Below are positions 33,918-49,287 of a stretch of DNA of 64,000 nucleotides, piece after piece. The position numbers and the translations under genes were made by a program. The DNA is from Paramoeba atlantica (lineage: Eukaryota; Protista; Discosea), in contig CDRNVI010000099.1 in NCBI GenBank assembly GCA_977017575.1, forward strand, positions 124,001 through 188,000, read 5' to 3'. The notes beneath the pieces are model-generated. The model was not told the DNA's origin. It did not search any database and saw only the letters and a list, made by a program, of their open reading frames with translations. Position 1 is the first letter of the stretch, and the number at the start of each line of letters is the position of its first letter.

Positions 33918-33943
33918 CAACAAGGTACAGAAACTGTATCTTT
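33918..33943 (-). other. spliced-leader-like relic
   Basis: AAAGATACAGTTTCTGTACCTTGTTG. Confidence 0.85.
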
Positions 33944-34226
33944 ATAAATGCCTTAGATAATTGGGTAACTCGTTCAAATTTATTTTGCCTGAAAAGCAAC
34001 TTTTTCTCAAATTCAATGAGTGTAGATCCGTTGGGAGGCTACCCAAGTCTAATCCGCCTTCGAATTGGTTACTTTCCAGATTGATTACGTTCAGCGTCAA
34101 AGGAAAGTGGGAAACATTTATAGTACTCGTAAATTTGTTAAAACCAATAGCAAGATACTCTAGACCCGGAGGCAAATTATTTAAGATATTGGATCCAGAA
34201 AAGCAGTTTGCTGTTGTGGCGTACAC
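33944..34226 (-). pseudogene. upstream part of the shattered LRR gene
   Basis: LPPGLEYLAIGFNKFTS, FPLTLNVINLESNQFEG, LPTDLHSLNLRKSCFSG, LPNYLRHL. Confidence 0.85.
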
Positions 34227-34600
34227 TCTTAGCTCATAACACTACATACTCATAACGTGCACTTAATAATGTCTGTTATGTTCCCTTATGCCCTGTGTTA
34301 ACGTGTATGATTGCATATCATGTGCAAAGTTTATAACCACAATAATATTTGGCTTATTTGTGAAACTATTCGTATCAATATACCTTTCTTGGGCCCTTTA
34401 ATGTACGGAATAAGCCATGAACAGGTTAATCAAGTGTATTCCGAGCTACACCGGGTTCACGGCGCCGTTATAGGGAAAAAGACATGCGGCGTCTAAAATT
34501 TTCCCTATGTATGTGCGCTTTAAACTGCACATGGGAACAATTACATGACCTCCAGGGGCTTTGAACGAGCCCGAATGATCCGCCAGTTTCTATCCGCACC

Positions 34601-35045
34601 TTGCGTGAAGATTTCTCGCGCACAACAAAGTTACTTTCCTCCCCGCACCTGATGAACCCAAACTTGCTGTTTCAGCATGGTGTTCCGTGGCTTTCGGATG
34701 TGACATGTATCGTAGATGTCACTACCATTCCTTGCCGAGCGCGCAAGAAGCACACTGCTTGGGACAGCACGCGTGGTGAGTACGTGCAAAAAGACGCAAC
34801 TTACTCTGGAAAGCATCATAAGCATTGTTTTAAAGCAGAATTTTGGATGACGTTGGCCGGAGTTCTTTTCTTTTTTCGAGGACCTGTGAATGGAAGTATC
34901 CATGATGCGAAAGTTTACAGTACTACTACAACTCACAGGACTCCACTTTTCGATCATCACAAAGACGAAATGTTTCTTGGAGATCTTGGGTATATAGGTT
35001 GCAATCATTGTTTCGTACCATATAAAGAGTACAATAAGAAAAACT
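34601..35045 (+). mobile_element. Harbinger/ISL2EU-like (IS5-group DDE) transposase remnant
   Basis: CIVDVT, YSGKHHKHCFK, GSIHDAKVY and FLGDLGYIG motifs; sequence after KKNL no longer resembles this transposase; ends not identified. Confidence 0.75.
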
Positions 35046-35522
35046 TGGCCCTGGAATCTTTTTCTGTGGGAAAGAGGAGCATTGGTAATCTTCCTGTTGG
35101 CTCCTCTATCCTTCGTCGCACAGTTCTTCTCCTGGTACAGCATCGAGGACATCTCGTACTCGATGTGCGTCCACGTGAACTGTACTTTCTGGGCGAGGTT
35201 GGCCAAGACATGGAAAGCTACCTTGAGGAGCAACCATTATATGCTCCGCGACGAAAAGGCGAGGTGGGAGACTTTGTCGAGAGCTTGTGGCGCTCGATCA
35301 CGGGACAACGGTCTCGCGCTTGCGCAGCATGGCGCCCAAAACGCATGAAAGCTTCCACTTCCCTCGAAGCAAGCGCTGAAAGCAACCAAGTGGAAAGTCC
35401 TGCAAAGGGCTTATCGGGCAGGGTCATTCGATTTCCCGAGCTCGAGTAAAACGCTATGGGACAAAAAAGGGAATACGAAGTGCGAAAGTGTAAAGTGGAA
35501 AAGATCAGCACTAAGTACAGTA

Positions 35523-35602
35523 CTGTAACCCCCCTTTAATATAAACCCCCCAAACCTATCATAGAGACAAAACGCATTATTCTACGTTAAAGGGGGTCAC
35601 AG
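35523..35602. mobile_element. 80-bp MITE-like element with TA flanks
   Basis: TA|CTGTAACCCCCCTTTAA...TTAAAGGGGGTCACAG|TA. Confidence 0.6.
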
Positions 35603-36529
35603 TATTTGAAATGTGTTCAACCCTTTTAATATTTGTGAATGAGTGCTGAAGCTCAGTTTTGAAATCTATAGTACATTAATACTCCGTCCCAAAATTTTGA
35701 AACCATTCTATAGAGAGCACCTTGGCTTTGTTTTTAGTTCTGCAAAAAGCTACGGTTATGGGAATGCCACAAGAGGATCGGAAAAATAGTTTAAATTGAC
35801 GCACGTTAACGTTTGAAAATTTTAATTTTTTTGCTGAACTAAATTTGTTTGACATACGCTTTTTACAAAACTTGCTTAACAAATACTTCTTTTATACGAT
35901 GTCCATGTCACACATATCTCCCAGCACGTATGGGAGCTCTGATAGCATGAGCTCAGGTTACACGAGCTCGGAATACACGAGTTCGGAGGCAACTTCGGAG
36001 AGTGATTCCAAAAATTCAAAAGTTTGCCGATCAGGCTCTTCTGTCGTTTCATCATTGTCTTCGCACTCACCGGAGTACGCAAGCTCTGATTCAGAGGATG
36101 ATCCGAACTGGGATCCAGAAGATGAGTCAACAGACTCGGAAATATCGGAACCTCTCCCCCCCTCTCTCGGGGGGTGTATTTTAATCTTTTTTATGCATGG
36201 AGATTACCGCTGCATTCTCCCGAACTTTGACCCCCTCGAGTGCTTACTCTGCCTTCATTCATTGGTTATTTCAAAACTACTGTTTCCTTTTTGACTTACC
36301 TAGTGTTGAAACACCGCGAAACAGCGCGAAACACAGCAAAACAGCGCTTTAGGTCATCCGCAGCCCCTCAACTATCAGAACTAAAGTTTCTGATAGCTTT
36401 TTCTTGCTAGATTTATGCCACTATTATAGTGGTATGCAGATATATACAACTGCCATAGTAGTATAGTGTATAAGCTATATACATGTACATGCATAAATCA
36501 TTGTGTTACATAATAAGACAACCCCAACG

Positions 36530-37156
36530 TCATTCTGTGACAGATTTGATTTTTGTGTCCCTAATAAAAAATGTACTCGTGCCTACTATAACGCCTGTTG
36601 GCAGTTTATCCGCGTCATAGCTTCCCTGTAGGTTTACATTATCATTTAAAAAGAGCTCGTGGATCCCGCACGGAAGATGCTCAAAGTGTAAAGCCAGTTG
36701 GAAGCGATTCGTTGAAAAGTTCAGATGAGTCAGTGTTCTGGGCATGTCAGTGAAATCCAAAGTTCCTGAAAACGAATTCCATGATAGGTTAAGACGCTGC
36801 AGATCCCTGGGTAATGCGTCTAACCAGACTTCGCCCATGAAATCATTTGAATAAAGTTCCAACGCAAGTACGGTTACGGGCAAATGTTCCCAACGTAGCG
36901 TACCTCGTAGATCGCCTCCCCTGAGAATGTCAGAGAATGCTGATTTCATATCGTGCCAATCGATTCTTTCAACATTTTGTGCATCATTGCAATGCACTCC
37001 GAACCACGCACATGCTGGAGTCAATGGGTTTTTAAAAATGCCACTAGATGGCATAGAAACGTTTTCTAGAAATTGAACCAACATATTTTCAGGTGGAAGA
37101 TGTGCATTCACACGTCCCAGACGTAGCGATGTCGTGTCCGCGTTTCGCACAAACAT
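36530..37156 (-). CDS. short LRR protein
   Basis: RLGRVNAHLP motif, TPACAWFGVHC cap, LRR repeats; stop falls a few codons earlier than in paralogues. Confidence 0.85.
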   Translation of the reverse strand: MFVRNADTTSLRLGRVNAHLPPENMLVQFLENVSMPSSGIFKNPLTPACAWFGVHCNDAQNVERIDWHDMKSAFSDILRGGDLRGTLRWEHLPVTVLALELYSNDFMGEVWLDALPRDLQRLNLSWNSFSGTLDFTDMPRTLTHLNFSTNRFQLALHFEHLPCGIHELFLNDNVNLQGSYDADKLPTGVIVGTSTFFIRDTKIKSVTE

Positions 37157-37315
37157 TACGTAGATGTGTAAGAAAAAATACTATTCTGTATAGAGAGGAT
37201 TCATAACATGAATGCAACGGTACTAAACGTTTTGTTAGCTTTTGCTTTGGTACGTTTACACATCGCCCTTATTGTTGTGCAAAATGTTTGCTCTACACAG
37301 GTCGAGCACCTTAGC

Positions 37316-40300
37316 CTACGCTTCGTGACGTGAAAGATGCAGAAAAACGCTTTCCAGATTGCACCTGTTCAAACTGTATTCCTGTACCGCAAACTCATGC
37401 TTGCGACACAGAGCCTGCAATCTACGAAATGCGCGCGATAGCAAGAACTCGCCTTCAATCTGAAACCGTATTTGCGTGTCATGTCTCTCACGAAGAATGA
37501 CTTGGCACTGGGGAAATATATCCATCCGGAGTACGTCACAAAGCTGAGGTACGTCATCTGCATCACTCCCCCCACTTTTATTATGTATGCCCTGATCTGC
37601 TAAAACCTTCATTTCTTCTTGGCACGTGGCGTATACTCTCTCTTTTCGTAGCTTTCTCTGAAGCCCGAAACAAAGTTCATACCCGACCGCAAATTTACTT
37701 TTTATATGTGGCAGAGTCCCAAGACAACGCAATGTTCCTTTTGCCAGGATCCCGACGCGGTGACACAACGCCTCGACCTCTTCTAAGTGATGGGTACTTA
37801 GTAACACACAACGAGGGATTAGTTCTTCTCCAGAACGCTCTGTAGAAATTGCTAAGCCTTCTTGATGATTCGAAAACAGGACCTCCTGCTCTATGGGTAC
37901 AGCAATATGAAAAGGATCCGAAGAAGGCAGGTTGTTCAGCTCCTTAATTCTCGCACTTCTGGTGCCCATTTTTTTATGTTCGTTCAATTCGGTATCCATC
38001 AACCTGCTCTCTCTGTCATGATTTCCATAAAGTTGTTGCAAAAGTTGCCAAAACGTCCGCCGTGTTAACGGATCCATTCCCGCGCTGGCCTCATCTAGAA
38101 TTAATACTCGAGGGGAACCCAATAGTGCGATGCCGAGTGCAAGTTTTCGACGATTACCTCCGCTGAGATTCGTCGCGCAAACGTTCAAATAGGAGGAGAG
38201 TTCGAGAAGAGAGACTAAGTATTCGATCTGGGTGGGAATTTGGGAGGGCAGAATGCCTTGCAGTCGTGCGTAAAACTGCAAATGCTCCTTCACGGTTAAT
38301 AACTCGTGTAAACCTTCTAGTTGCGGACAATATCCAAGAACGGGAGATCGGGAACACGACCGCATCACAGTGGTCTCAAAAACGCTCTCGGGAAGCGGAT
38401 GACCACAAATTGTGGCATAACCCGAGCTTGGAGAAAGCGCTCCAGTAAGGATGGAAAGAGTTGTGGTTTTTCCTGCTCCATTGGCGCCGAGAAAACCGAA
38501 GACTTCCCCAGGAGAAACACCAAAGGTAAGGGAGCGAACTGCAGTAGAACTCACGGCATTCGTTGTTTCCGTTTCCAAATGTCTTGTTTCATAAAAAGAA
38601 TGGGTCGGTCGTCTGCGTAGAGAGACCGCAATACGATTCTTGAAAAATGCGACGCACTTCAGCGCATCATGTTTTAGTTTGGATAAAACCCCATTCGAAT
38701 AGGTTTTATTTAGCTTTACAATAGTGATGAGATCCTTGGAGCGCTTCCGAGAAGTCAGAGGGCAAACATCTGGGCGGCTACCCTGATGGCCGCACGCAGC
38801 CATAATTTCCTTTTCTTCCTGAACTACATCGGGATCGGCAGAAATCGTCCCGCTTGTTGTAGGAAACCCAGAGAGGTCCGTATAGCCTCTCGAGAGGACA
38901 GGAATTCGACACATCAACGGCCGCAACAACTTGGCTACCCACCAAGGCGCATCCATGGCAACCGCAATACTCAGAAAAACAACCGACCCCATCATCAGGT
39001 ACGCGACCGGGGCGCCCACACATTCCCACGCCAACGGCGACGTGCTCCCCACCCGTCCCCCCCACCCTTTTTGGCTCCCCTCGTTTCCTCCCCCCCACCC
39101 CAGCCCCCCCTCCCCCCACCTCTCCACCACCCCCCTCTTCGCCCCCCTCCACGCCAGCGCCATCAGCCCCTCCCCTAGACAGAACCCCGGAAACACGCGA
39201 AAGAACCCGCACCCACGTGGCGTACCCCCCGGGGTACGCCACCCGCATCACAAACGACAGCAGCGTGAGCGTGTACCCCCGAGAGCATCGCAAACAGCCG
39301 CACCGCCGCCTGGGCCGTACTCGGGGACCCAAACCCCCGGTGCACCACATACACCCCCGCGGTGCTGCTCATGCCGAACCCCCCGACCAACGCCCCCGTC
39401 CCCAGGAGGGTCGCCCACTCCCCGACGTACTCGTCCCGTCCGAAATGGGCAAAGACGGATAGCGACATTAATAGAGAGAATAGAAAAAGGGAGAGGTCGA
39501 AGAGAGAGTGGGCGAACCAGCGGGTCGCGCTGTGGAGTCCCGCGAGGGCGTGGAGGTGGGGGGCGCGGGCGGTTCGCTCGGCGACGTGGTAGCCGGCGAA
39601 GACCCCGGGGATGAGGGAGAAGGGGAGGAGGAGGAGGGGGGCGAGTACGAGGGCGCGGGCCGCTGTGTCCGGGACCGCGGGGTCGGGGGAGATCGGGGGG
39701 GAGGGGAGGGGGGGGGAGAGGGGGGTGAGGTGGAGGGGAGGGGGGAGGGGGGGGATTTCCGGGTTGGGTTGGGGAAAAGAGGGTGGTTGTCAAGGGGGGT
39801 GGATGGGGGTTGTTTGTTGGATTTTGGGGGTCTGGGGTTTTTGTTTGGATTGGGGTCGGATGGGTCGGCTCACTTTGGTTGTTGTGATCCCCGGTATTCG
39901 GTTTGATTTTGTTTTCCTCCGTTGGAGTGTGGTCTCCTTGGTTTGGATTTCGGTCTCTTTCCGTTCGATTTTGGTGATCCCCGGTTTTCGTTTTGATTTT
40001 TTTTTCCTTCGTTTGATTTTGGTTTCTTTCCGTTCGATTTCGGTGATCAACGGTTTTACTTTTGATTTTGTTTTCCTCCGTTTGGTAATCCCCGGTTTTC
40101 GTTTTTAAAGGGCTAAAGTCAATAGGAGGTTTTGTGGAGGATGGATAAGAAGAAAAAGGAGAGGATAAAACATTTGTCGCATGGGCTTCACTCCCCATGG
40201 CGTGTTGTACGTAAGCACGAATTTGTGCCACGTGGAGAGCACGAAGGGTTTCGGGCAGGGCATGCGGGGCTGAAGCGTTGTGCCAAAGGATGTAGAGGGG

Positions 40301-43300
40301 GTCGTGGGAGTTTTCAGAGGGTATTTGGAGCGCTGCAGGGAGGTATACGGGGTCGGAGTGTGGGGAGGGTGAAGGCCAGAGGGTCGATTCCAGTGCTCTG
40401 TGGTTGATCGAGTGAAAGTCGAACGGGAGATTTGGGTTTGTATCCTCTAGTACCTCCTTTACGCAATATTCCGGTGGGAACAAAGTGGGTAAAGAAGTTG
40501 TCCACCAATCAGGCGGGTCGTCCGCCTTGTTTTCGTCAACACTTCTTTGTTTCCGACGAATTATGGGGAGTGGAAATGAGCACTCTGAAGCCTTCTTGTC
40601 CCCGAAAAAACTCCAACCCCATTGTGTTTTCGAGTACAGCATTGCACACGACGGTAAGGCTCCTTCCGGGGAAATCTCTAAAGGCGTGGGAGCCGCAACC
40701 TCCGACGCTCGCGTGTGCATCCACAAAATCATGAATAGAAGTGCCACAGGAAGAAGCGTAGCGCTGAGCAGATAGCGGCGATCTCGAAGGGTTACGGAGA
40801 GTCGTTGAGAGAGAATGCCTTTAACTTGACTTAGGAGTAAACGGTAGCGTGTTTGATGAAAACAGGGAGGCGGAAGGCTTTGAACATTGGTTGTATGTCG
40901 TGTCTGGTCAGCATGGCGTGTCGTATCAGCATTCATTCGTAGATTCGTGTTTTGTAATTCCTTTATAGAATTTGTTCTGGAAAACGGCTCCTTGGGATCG
41001 TGTTCCATAGTTTTGAATTCCTTCGGCTTCAAAGGTAGTGTCATCTCTCTTTCACTCGAAACGTATTTGAAAACATCCTCTAGGGTAGCATGTTGAATGC
41101 CCATGGACTCAATGCCATACTGGGTTCGCACGGTGGGGTCTTCTAAGGCCTCAAAAAGAGCAGCCAACGTTTCGGACTCTGTGGAGGGCAACGAAATCTG
41201 TATTTCCGCCTCACGATCTACGAGAATGCGGGTGTCTGGTACATGTTGCGAAATCAGAGAATAAAGCTCAGCGCGTGTCCGAAAGTTCTTATTATTTTCT
41301 GCATTACTTTCTCTAGAACTTTTACTTTCCTGCGAAGAGATGTTTGTAGGATCTGGCGGAGACACACTACGTGAAAACATCGACAAGGACAGAATGTATC
41401 CTGCTCCATACCGTTGCTTTAACTCCAAGGGCGTGCCTACACATCGTAGACGAGCTTTATGAAGAATCGCAATCTGTGTCCCCAGCGCGTCCGCCTCATC
41501 AAGATAATGCGTCGAGATCAACAACGTTCGCGGGCGAGACAAGTCAGAAATACAGTTTCCGTCTTTTTGACCATTTCCTGTTTTCCTTGCAACGTATTCC
41601 GACAGCAAATCCCACAGCGCCCTGCGGGAGGCAACGTCAATCCCAGCCGTGGGTTCGTCTAACACCACAAGCGGACTGTTTCCCAAAAGCGCCATAGAAA
41701 TCGACAGCTTACGTTTCTGACCCCCACTGAGTTGGGAGGGAAGAAAATGAGCCTTGTCAAGAAGATTCAATTTTCTCATCATTTCATTCACCTCGTGTTC
41801 AATTTCGGTCGAAGCATTGCCCAAAAAATCGGTTTCCTTATCTCCACATCGTATACTTTGTTTCAGTGCGGAAACAAAATACAAATGCTGAACCACCGTG
41901 AGTCCGGACCACAGCAAATTGTGTTGCGGACAGAACCCCATGGTCCCCGCATCGCGTAGCCTTTCACATTGCTGTGTGAGGGATTGTCCAAAGATTTGAA
42001 TATCCCCGGAGCTCGGCCGGAGCATTCCGGTCAGCATGTGAAGCACGGTGGATTTGCCTGCCCCGTTGTGGCCGAGCAGCACGGTGATACTGTGAGAGGG
42101 CAAGGCAAGGCAGAGGTCATCCACGGCAAGGGTAACCGAGGATGAATGTGCGAGTTGGGAATTCGCCGCTTGGTAGTTCGCTGTTTGGTACTTTGCAGTT
42201 TGATAATTTGAAGTTTCGTAATTTGAAGTTTGGTCATTTGCAGTTCGATCATTTGCAGTTTCTAGACGGTTGTTTTCAGAGATGTGAGCGTTTGAAAGCA
42301 TTGCCCTTTGTTGGGGAGGAGGAGGCAAGGTATCGGGAAAGGTTTTGCGTAGATGTTGGAGGTGGATTGTAGTGGAAGCGTCGGAACGGGGAACTGTTGG
42401 TTTGTTGGTGCAGCGTTTTGCCTTTGACCATGTCGTAGTCTTTACAGGGATCGTCGCTTTCCATAGATTTACGAGATGAAAAAGTGAGTTGTAAAAGTTA
42501 GACGTAAAGTCTTTGACAACCTCGAAAAATGGTTTCTGGATCCCGTAAGTGTTGGGTAGCACTTGATCCAGAAATAGAGCTAGGAACGCCGAGAAAATGA
42601 TGGATAAAAGAAGTAACCAACAGCTTTGGTAAAACCAGTTCGGGGACGCGCCTGTCAGAACTTCCAGGACCGATATACCACGACCACTGGATTCTCTTTT
42701 CACCATTTGACGCATCCATAATGTAAAACTTGTGCTAGAAAAGGGAAGCGCAAGTAGCACACTAAAGTTAGGCAAGGGATCTGAAGAAGGAGAGATTCTC
42801 AAAAAATGGAGTACGTACTTGCATACAATTTGAATCCAATAGAATGGATTGGTGTAGGCCACAAGGAGCTGGATCGTTTCCTCATCCTGACTTGTGGGTA
42901 ACATCAGGGATACCGGAAGAGTGCTCAGTGTAAAAATGAGCGGCGTGACCAGCGCGGCAAGTTGTGCACGTTCAAATAGGGTGGATAAAAGCGCAGAGAA
43001 TCCGATTAAGGAAAAGCAAAAAAGGAACAGAACCGCAAAAAGCACAAAAAATGAAGTTTGGGATAGTAACGTACGAGAGAGAGCAGTGCTTAACAGTCCA
43101 GAGCTTATGGCGGAGGAAAATGCATACGCGATAGCCCAAGAGGCATAATAAGAAGTTCTTCGAAGCCCCATAATCCACAACACCTCTCGTGTACGGGACT
43201 CTTTCTCCTCAACCAGGGCTTGGGTGAGATGTGAGACAAAATACGTGAAGCCAAAGATAAGCGTTAAAGGAAGATGAGGTCCGATTTGAGATAAGAAATC

Positions 43301-45157
43301 AAAGAGAAGTTTAGGCGGATCCGGGAAACGGACCAGAATAGGTTTTGTGGAGAAAGGAGAAGAACCTTCTACATCCTCTTTCCTTTGATACTGCGTTTGC
43401 TCGTCGCAAACGAACTCATCCAGCAAGGATTGTAGCACAAGAAAGCCGCTGGTAAGGTATTTCGTAAAAGGGGCGTTACTCCCTAGCACGGGAAGGAACA
43501 TTTCCATGTCATCGGTGTCCCAGGGGGCAGAACTCATTGCTTTGAATGAATCCGTGATGCCCTCTGGAGTCTTCTTTAGCGTGCTAGGAGGCAGGCGGGT
43601 GTGATTCATGTAAATAGCATAGTCATACTTCCCTGTTTCGTTATTAAATGTGCGAAAATCGACAATAGCCCAAACAACGCCTTGAGCACTGCAGGGGGGT
43701 GAGTTGACATTCGCAGCTTGTTCAGAAAGAGATGTTCGCTCACAAGCTTGCAGAGCGTCCGATATCGTGTTGAAATAGGTCGTTTCTATATTGCAGGGAA
43801 AGGTATAAGGTCTGTCAAGATGTTCAGTGTGTTCATCACTACTTGCGGTCTCGCATTTGAACGAACTCGAGTTGCGCATCCCTAACAAGCTCGCAGCAAT
43901 TGGATGTCTACGGAGTACGAATTTCTGAAATCGCTCCGCAATTTCCGATTCGTTCGAAGCAAACCACAACACTGTACTGGGAAAAAAGCGTTCCTTCAGC
44001 TCAACATCGGGATTCATATTCTCATTCAAACGGCTCGAATGTCTCGTTTGTCGCCTCGGCTGTAACTGAGAAAGTCGTTGAAAATGTTTCTGCAGGAGAA
44101 AAGCTTCCAATGAAGGGATTCGTTGCGGAACATTTCCTCTTACTCGATATCGTGGTGGATCTGGACCATCTTGTAAAGTTCCACTAATACACAAATCCGA
44201 TGGCGAAGGAAGACAGTAGAGAACAACCTCATTGGTCTGTGTTGACTTGGATGCAAAGGTATCACTCGGAGGGCGTTCGGCCAACGTAAACGCTTTTCGC
44301 TTTTTCGTGGCGTATACCCCATCCGCCTGTGGCCTTCTTGTTTTCAAACGTTCCCAAGGCAACGTATGCAGATTTTTCGTGTGAAACGCTGCGTAGTCTT
44401 CATCGCGTGTTTCAACATAATGAGTCCCTTTTTTCCTTGTAGCTCCCTTTTGACGTGATTTATGATTTCTTTCCCCGGAGAGCGGCGAAGCTACCAGGGG
44501 GCTCGTTCATCTGTCATGTTCTGAAACCAGTCGGCAACTCCATCCATCACCCCTGATGTTTCTAGTGTGTCCAGTAAGTTCCCCAAAGCGGTTTCTGTTC
44601 CCTTAGCAGCATCTGTACGTTGAGTCTCCCCGTCTGATTTCGCGACCGATGTAAATTCGGGCAAATGATTCAAAAGCTCCCCGCTCTGTAGTTTCTTCAA
44701 CATCTCTGTGAGCCATTCAGAACCTTTATCTGCACGAAGACCTACGGGGTATGGCTTTCGAATTGCATCAGAAGGGCAGCGAGGAATTATGTGGAAGGCG
44801 GACAGCTTATAGCTGTCACGGAGGGAACAAATTCTGCCGCCCTGGGTTGTTGAACCAAAGAACTCGGTATCTAAATCGTATACATTTCCTTCAATGTAGG
44901 ATCGGGAAGGAGCAACACTTTTTACGTGGCCCGTCGCTTTGTAGCCCCATAGGGTAGGGGAGCAACAAAAACAATGGGAGCACGATTTCCAGAAACGTTT
45001 GCCATTTTCGATGTTTTTTTAACCAGTAGTGTTTTCGCGTGCAAAGCCGAAATTGCACCCAACTAGGGGAGGCGAAAATTTCGTAGTTGTCATAGGGAGA
45101 ATACACACCAGGTCGATGGTCATTTTCGTTATGAGATCGTTTTCGATACCTATACAT
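37316..45157 (-). CDS. ABCA: ABCA-subfamily full-size ABC transporter (several frameshifts)
   Basis: N-terminal KHYWLKKHRKWQTFLEIVLP; NBD1 GHNGAGKS/LSGGQKRKL/VVLDEPT; NBD2 GANGAGKT/LSGGNRRKL/LILDEAS. TMD2 is recoverable only across shifted frames at 39175-39800; further breaks at about 44.4-44.95 kb. Confidence 0.85.
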
Positions 45158-45785
45158 CGAAAGTCGAGTGTGAGCCAGCCATATTAACCACACCGTATTA
45201 ACTACGATGAAGAAAAAGTCCATTGCGTTCAAAAGCCTTTAAGTGTCCGGTACCCTTTCGATTCAAAGGAATAAAAGTGAATGAACGAACCTCTTCTTCC
45301 CAATCTTTTGCTCGTGTTCGGTGTCGCGTCTAAAGATAAAAGTTCTGTACTCATCAGCTTTTCTAAAATCGTTCATTGCCAAATGAAAACCGAGTGTAGT
45401 GTCAATTCTATATCACGGATACAAAAAATCAAAGTGTCACACGATCGCGGTGCGTCCGATTTAGTAAGTATTTTGCTAATTTCACACTACATTCTAACAC
45501 ATATCATTCTACCCAAATCTATAAACACCAACATATTCAAAAAGCAAAAATACTAGAGTACTAGTATATCAAATACTCGTGTATATCTATACTCGTGTAT
45601 CCATTGAATGCGTGAAAAAACACATTGAAATCCTACCCAACCATACACCCCCTAAACGCACCCCCTAAAAGGGCGCTATCTAACACCTTCATTCCCCTTC
45701 CCCTCTCCCCCCCTCCTCTCAACCCCCCTTTTTTTCACCCTACTTCCTCCTTTCCTTTATTTTTACCCCCTTTCCCTCCCCCCCC

Positions 45786-46257
45786 TCACCTCCCCACCCC
45801 CCTCACCACCGCCACCACCGCCGTCCTCCCATACGGGATGTACGACAGCCCGTACCACACCATCGCGACGTACTGCAGCACGCAGGCCAGCACGGTCAGC
45901 GTGCCGCTGTGCAGCACCAGCGCGGTCACCAGCGTGAGCCCCATCGCGGCGAAGTACACCGCGGTGGCCACGACCCGCTTCCGGTGGAACATGCGGCGGG
46001 CCTGGGCCCGGGGACCCGCCAGGAACCCCGAGGAGACCAGCGAGAGCACGTTGCTTAGCGTCACCAGGAAGCCGTAGAGCGCCCACTCGCGCTTGAAGAC
46101 GGCGACCCAGCTGAAGATGGAGAGCAGCAGGCCGGCGCCGAGGCAGAGGAAGAAGCCGTAGGGCGCGTTGGGTGAGGGAGAGGGCGGGGAACCAGACGGA
46201 GTTGTCCTCGGTGGGTTCGGAGGAGGAGGAGGGGTCGTCGGAGGAGAAGAGGAACAT
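45786..46257 (-). CDS. SFT2: SFT2/Got1-like vesicle transport protein (one frameshift near 46172)
   Basis: [56 protein letters not shown], the SFT2 family pattern. Confidence 0.8.
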
Positions 46258-46312
46258 GGGGGACAGGGGAGGGGGATGGGGGTGTGGAAGGGAATAGAGA
46301 GGGGAGGAAGAG

Positions 46313-49191
<2,879 letters not shown>

Positions 49192-49194
49192 GAA

Positions 49195-49287
49195 AATATG
49201 GGGGGTTAAAAATCGTATAAATTGTCCATTTTTTGAAAATTAGCACCGCATTTGAGAGCTCTCGCAGAGATACGTGTCACCTGATAT
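49195..49287. mobile_element. truncated Tc1-family TIR abutting the satellite
   Basis: Reverse-complement match to about 5355-5445 (GCATT(T/C)GAGAGCTCTCGCAGAGATACGTGTCA). Confidence 0.7.

Larger units (their letters stand above)
30874..33943 (-). mobile_element. SL-capped non-coding retroposed element (about 570 bp net), interrupted by Merlin
   Basis: SL relic 33918-43, 14-bp hairpin 33846-33888, internal about 70-bp direct repeat (about 30990-31131), 3' end CATGATAAACAAAA. Its removal restores HL|YLSSNAFTG of the LRR gene. Confidence 0.7.

Noticed and set aside
38778-40108. Pro/Gly/Arg-rich ORFs on both strands
   Set aside because: Off-frame readings of the GC-rich, frameshifted ABCA segment.
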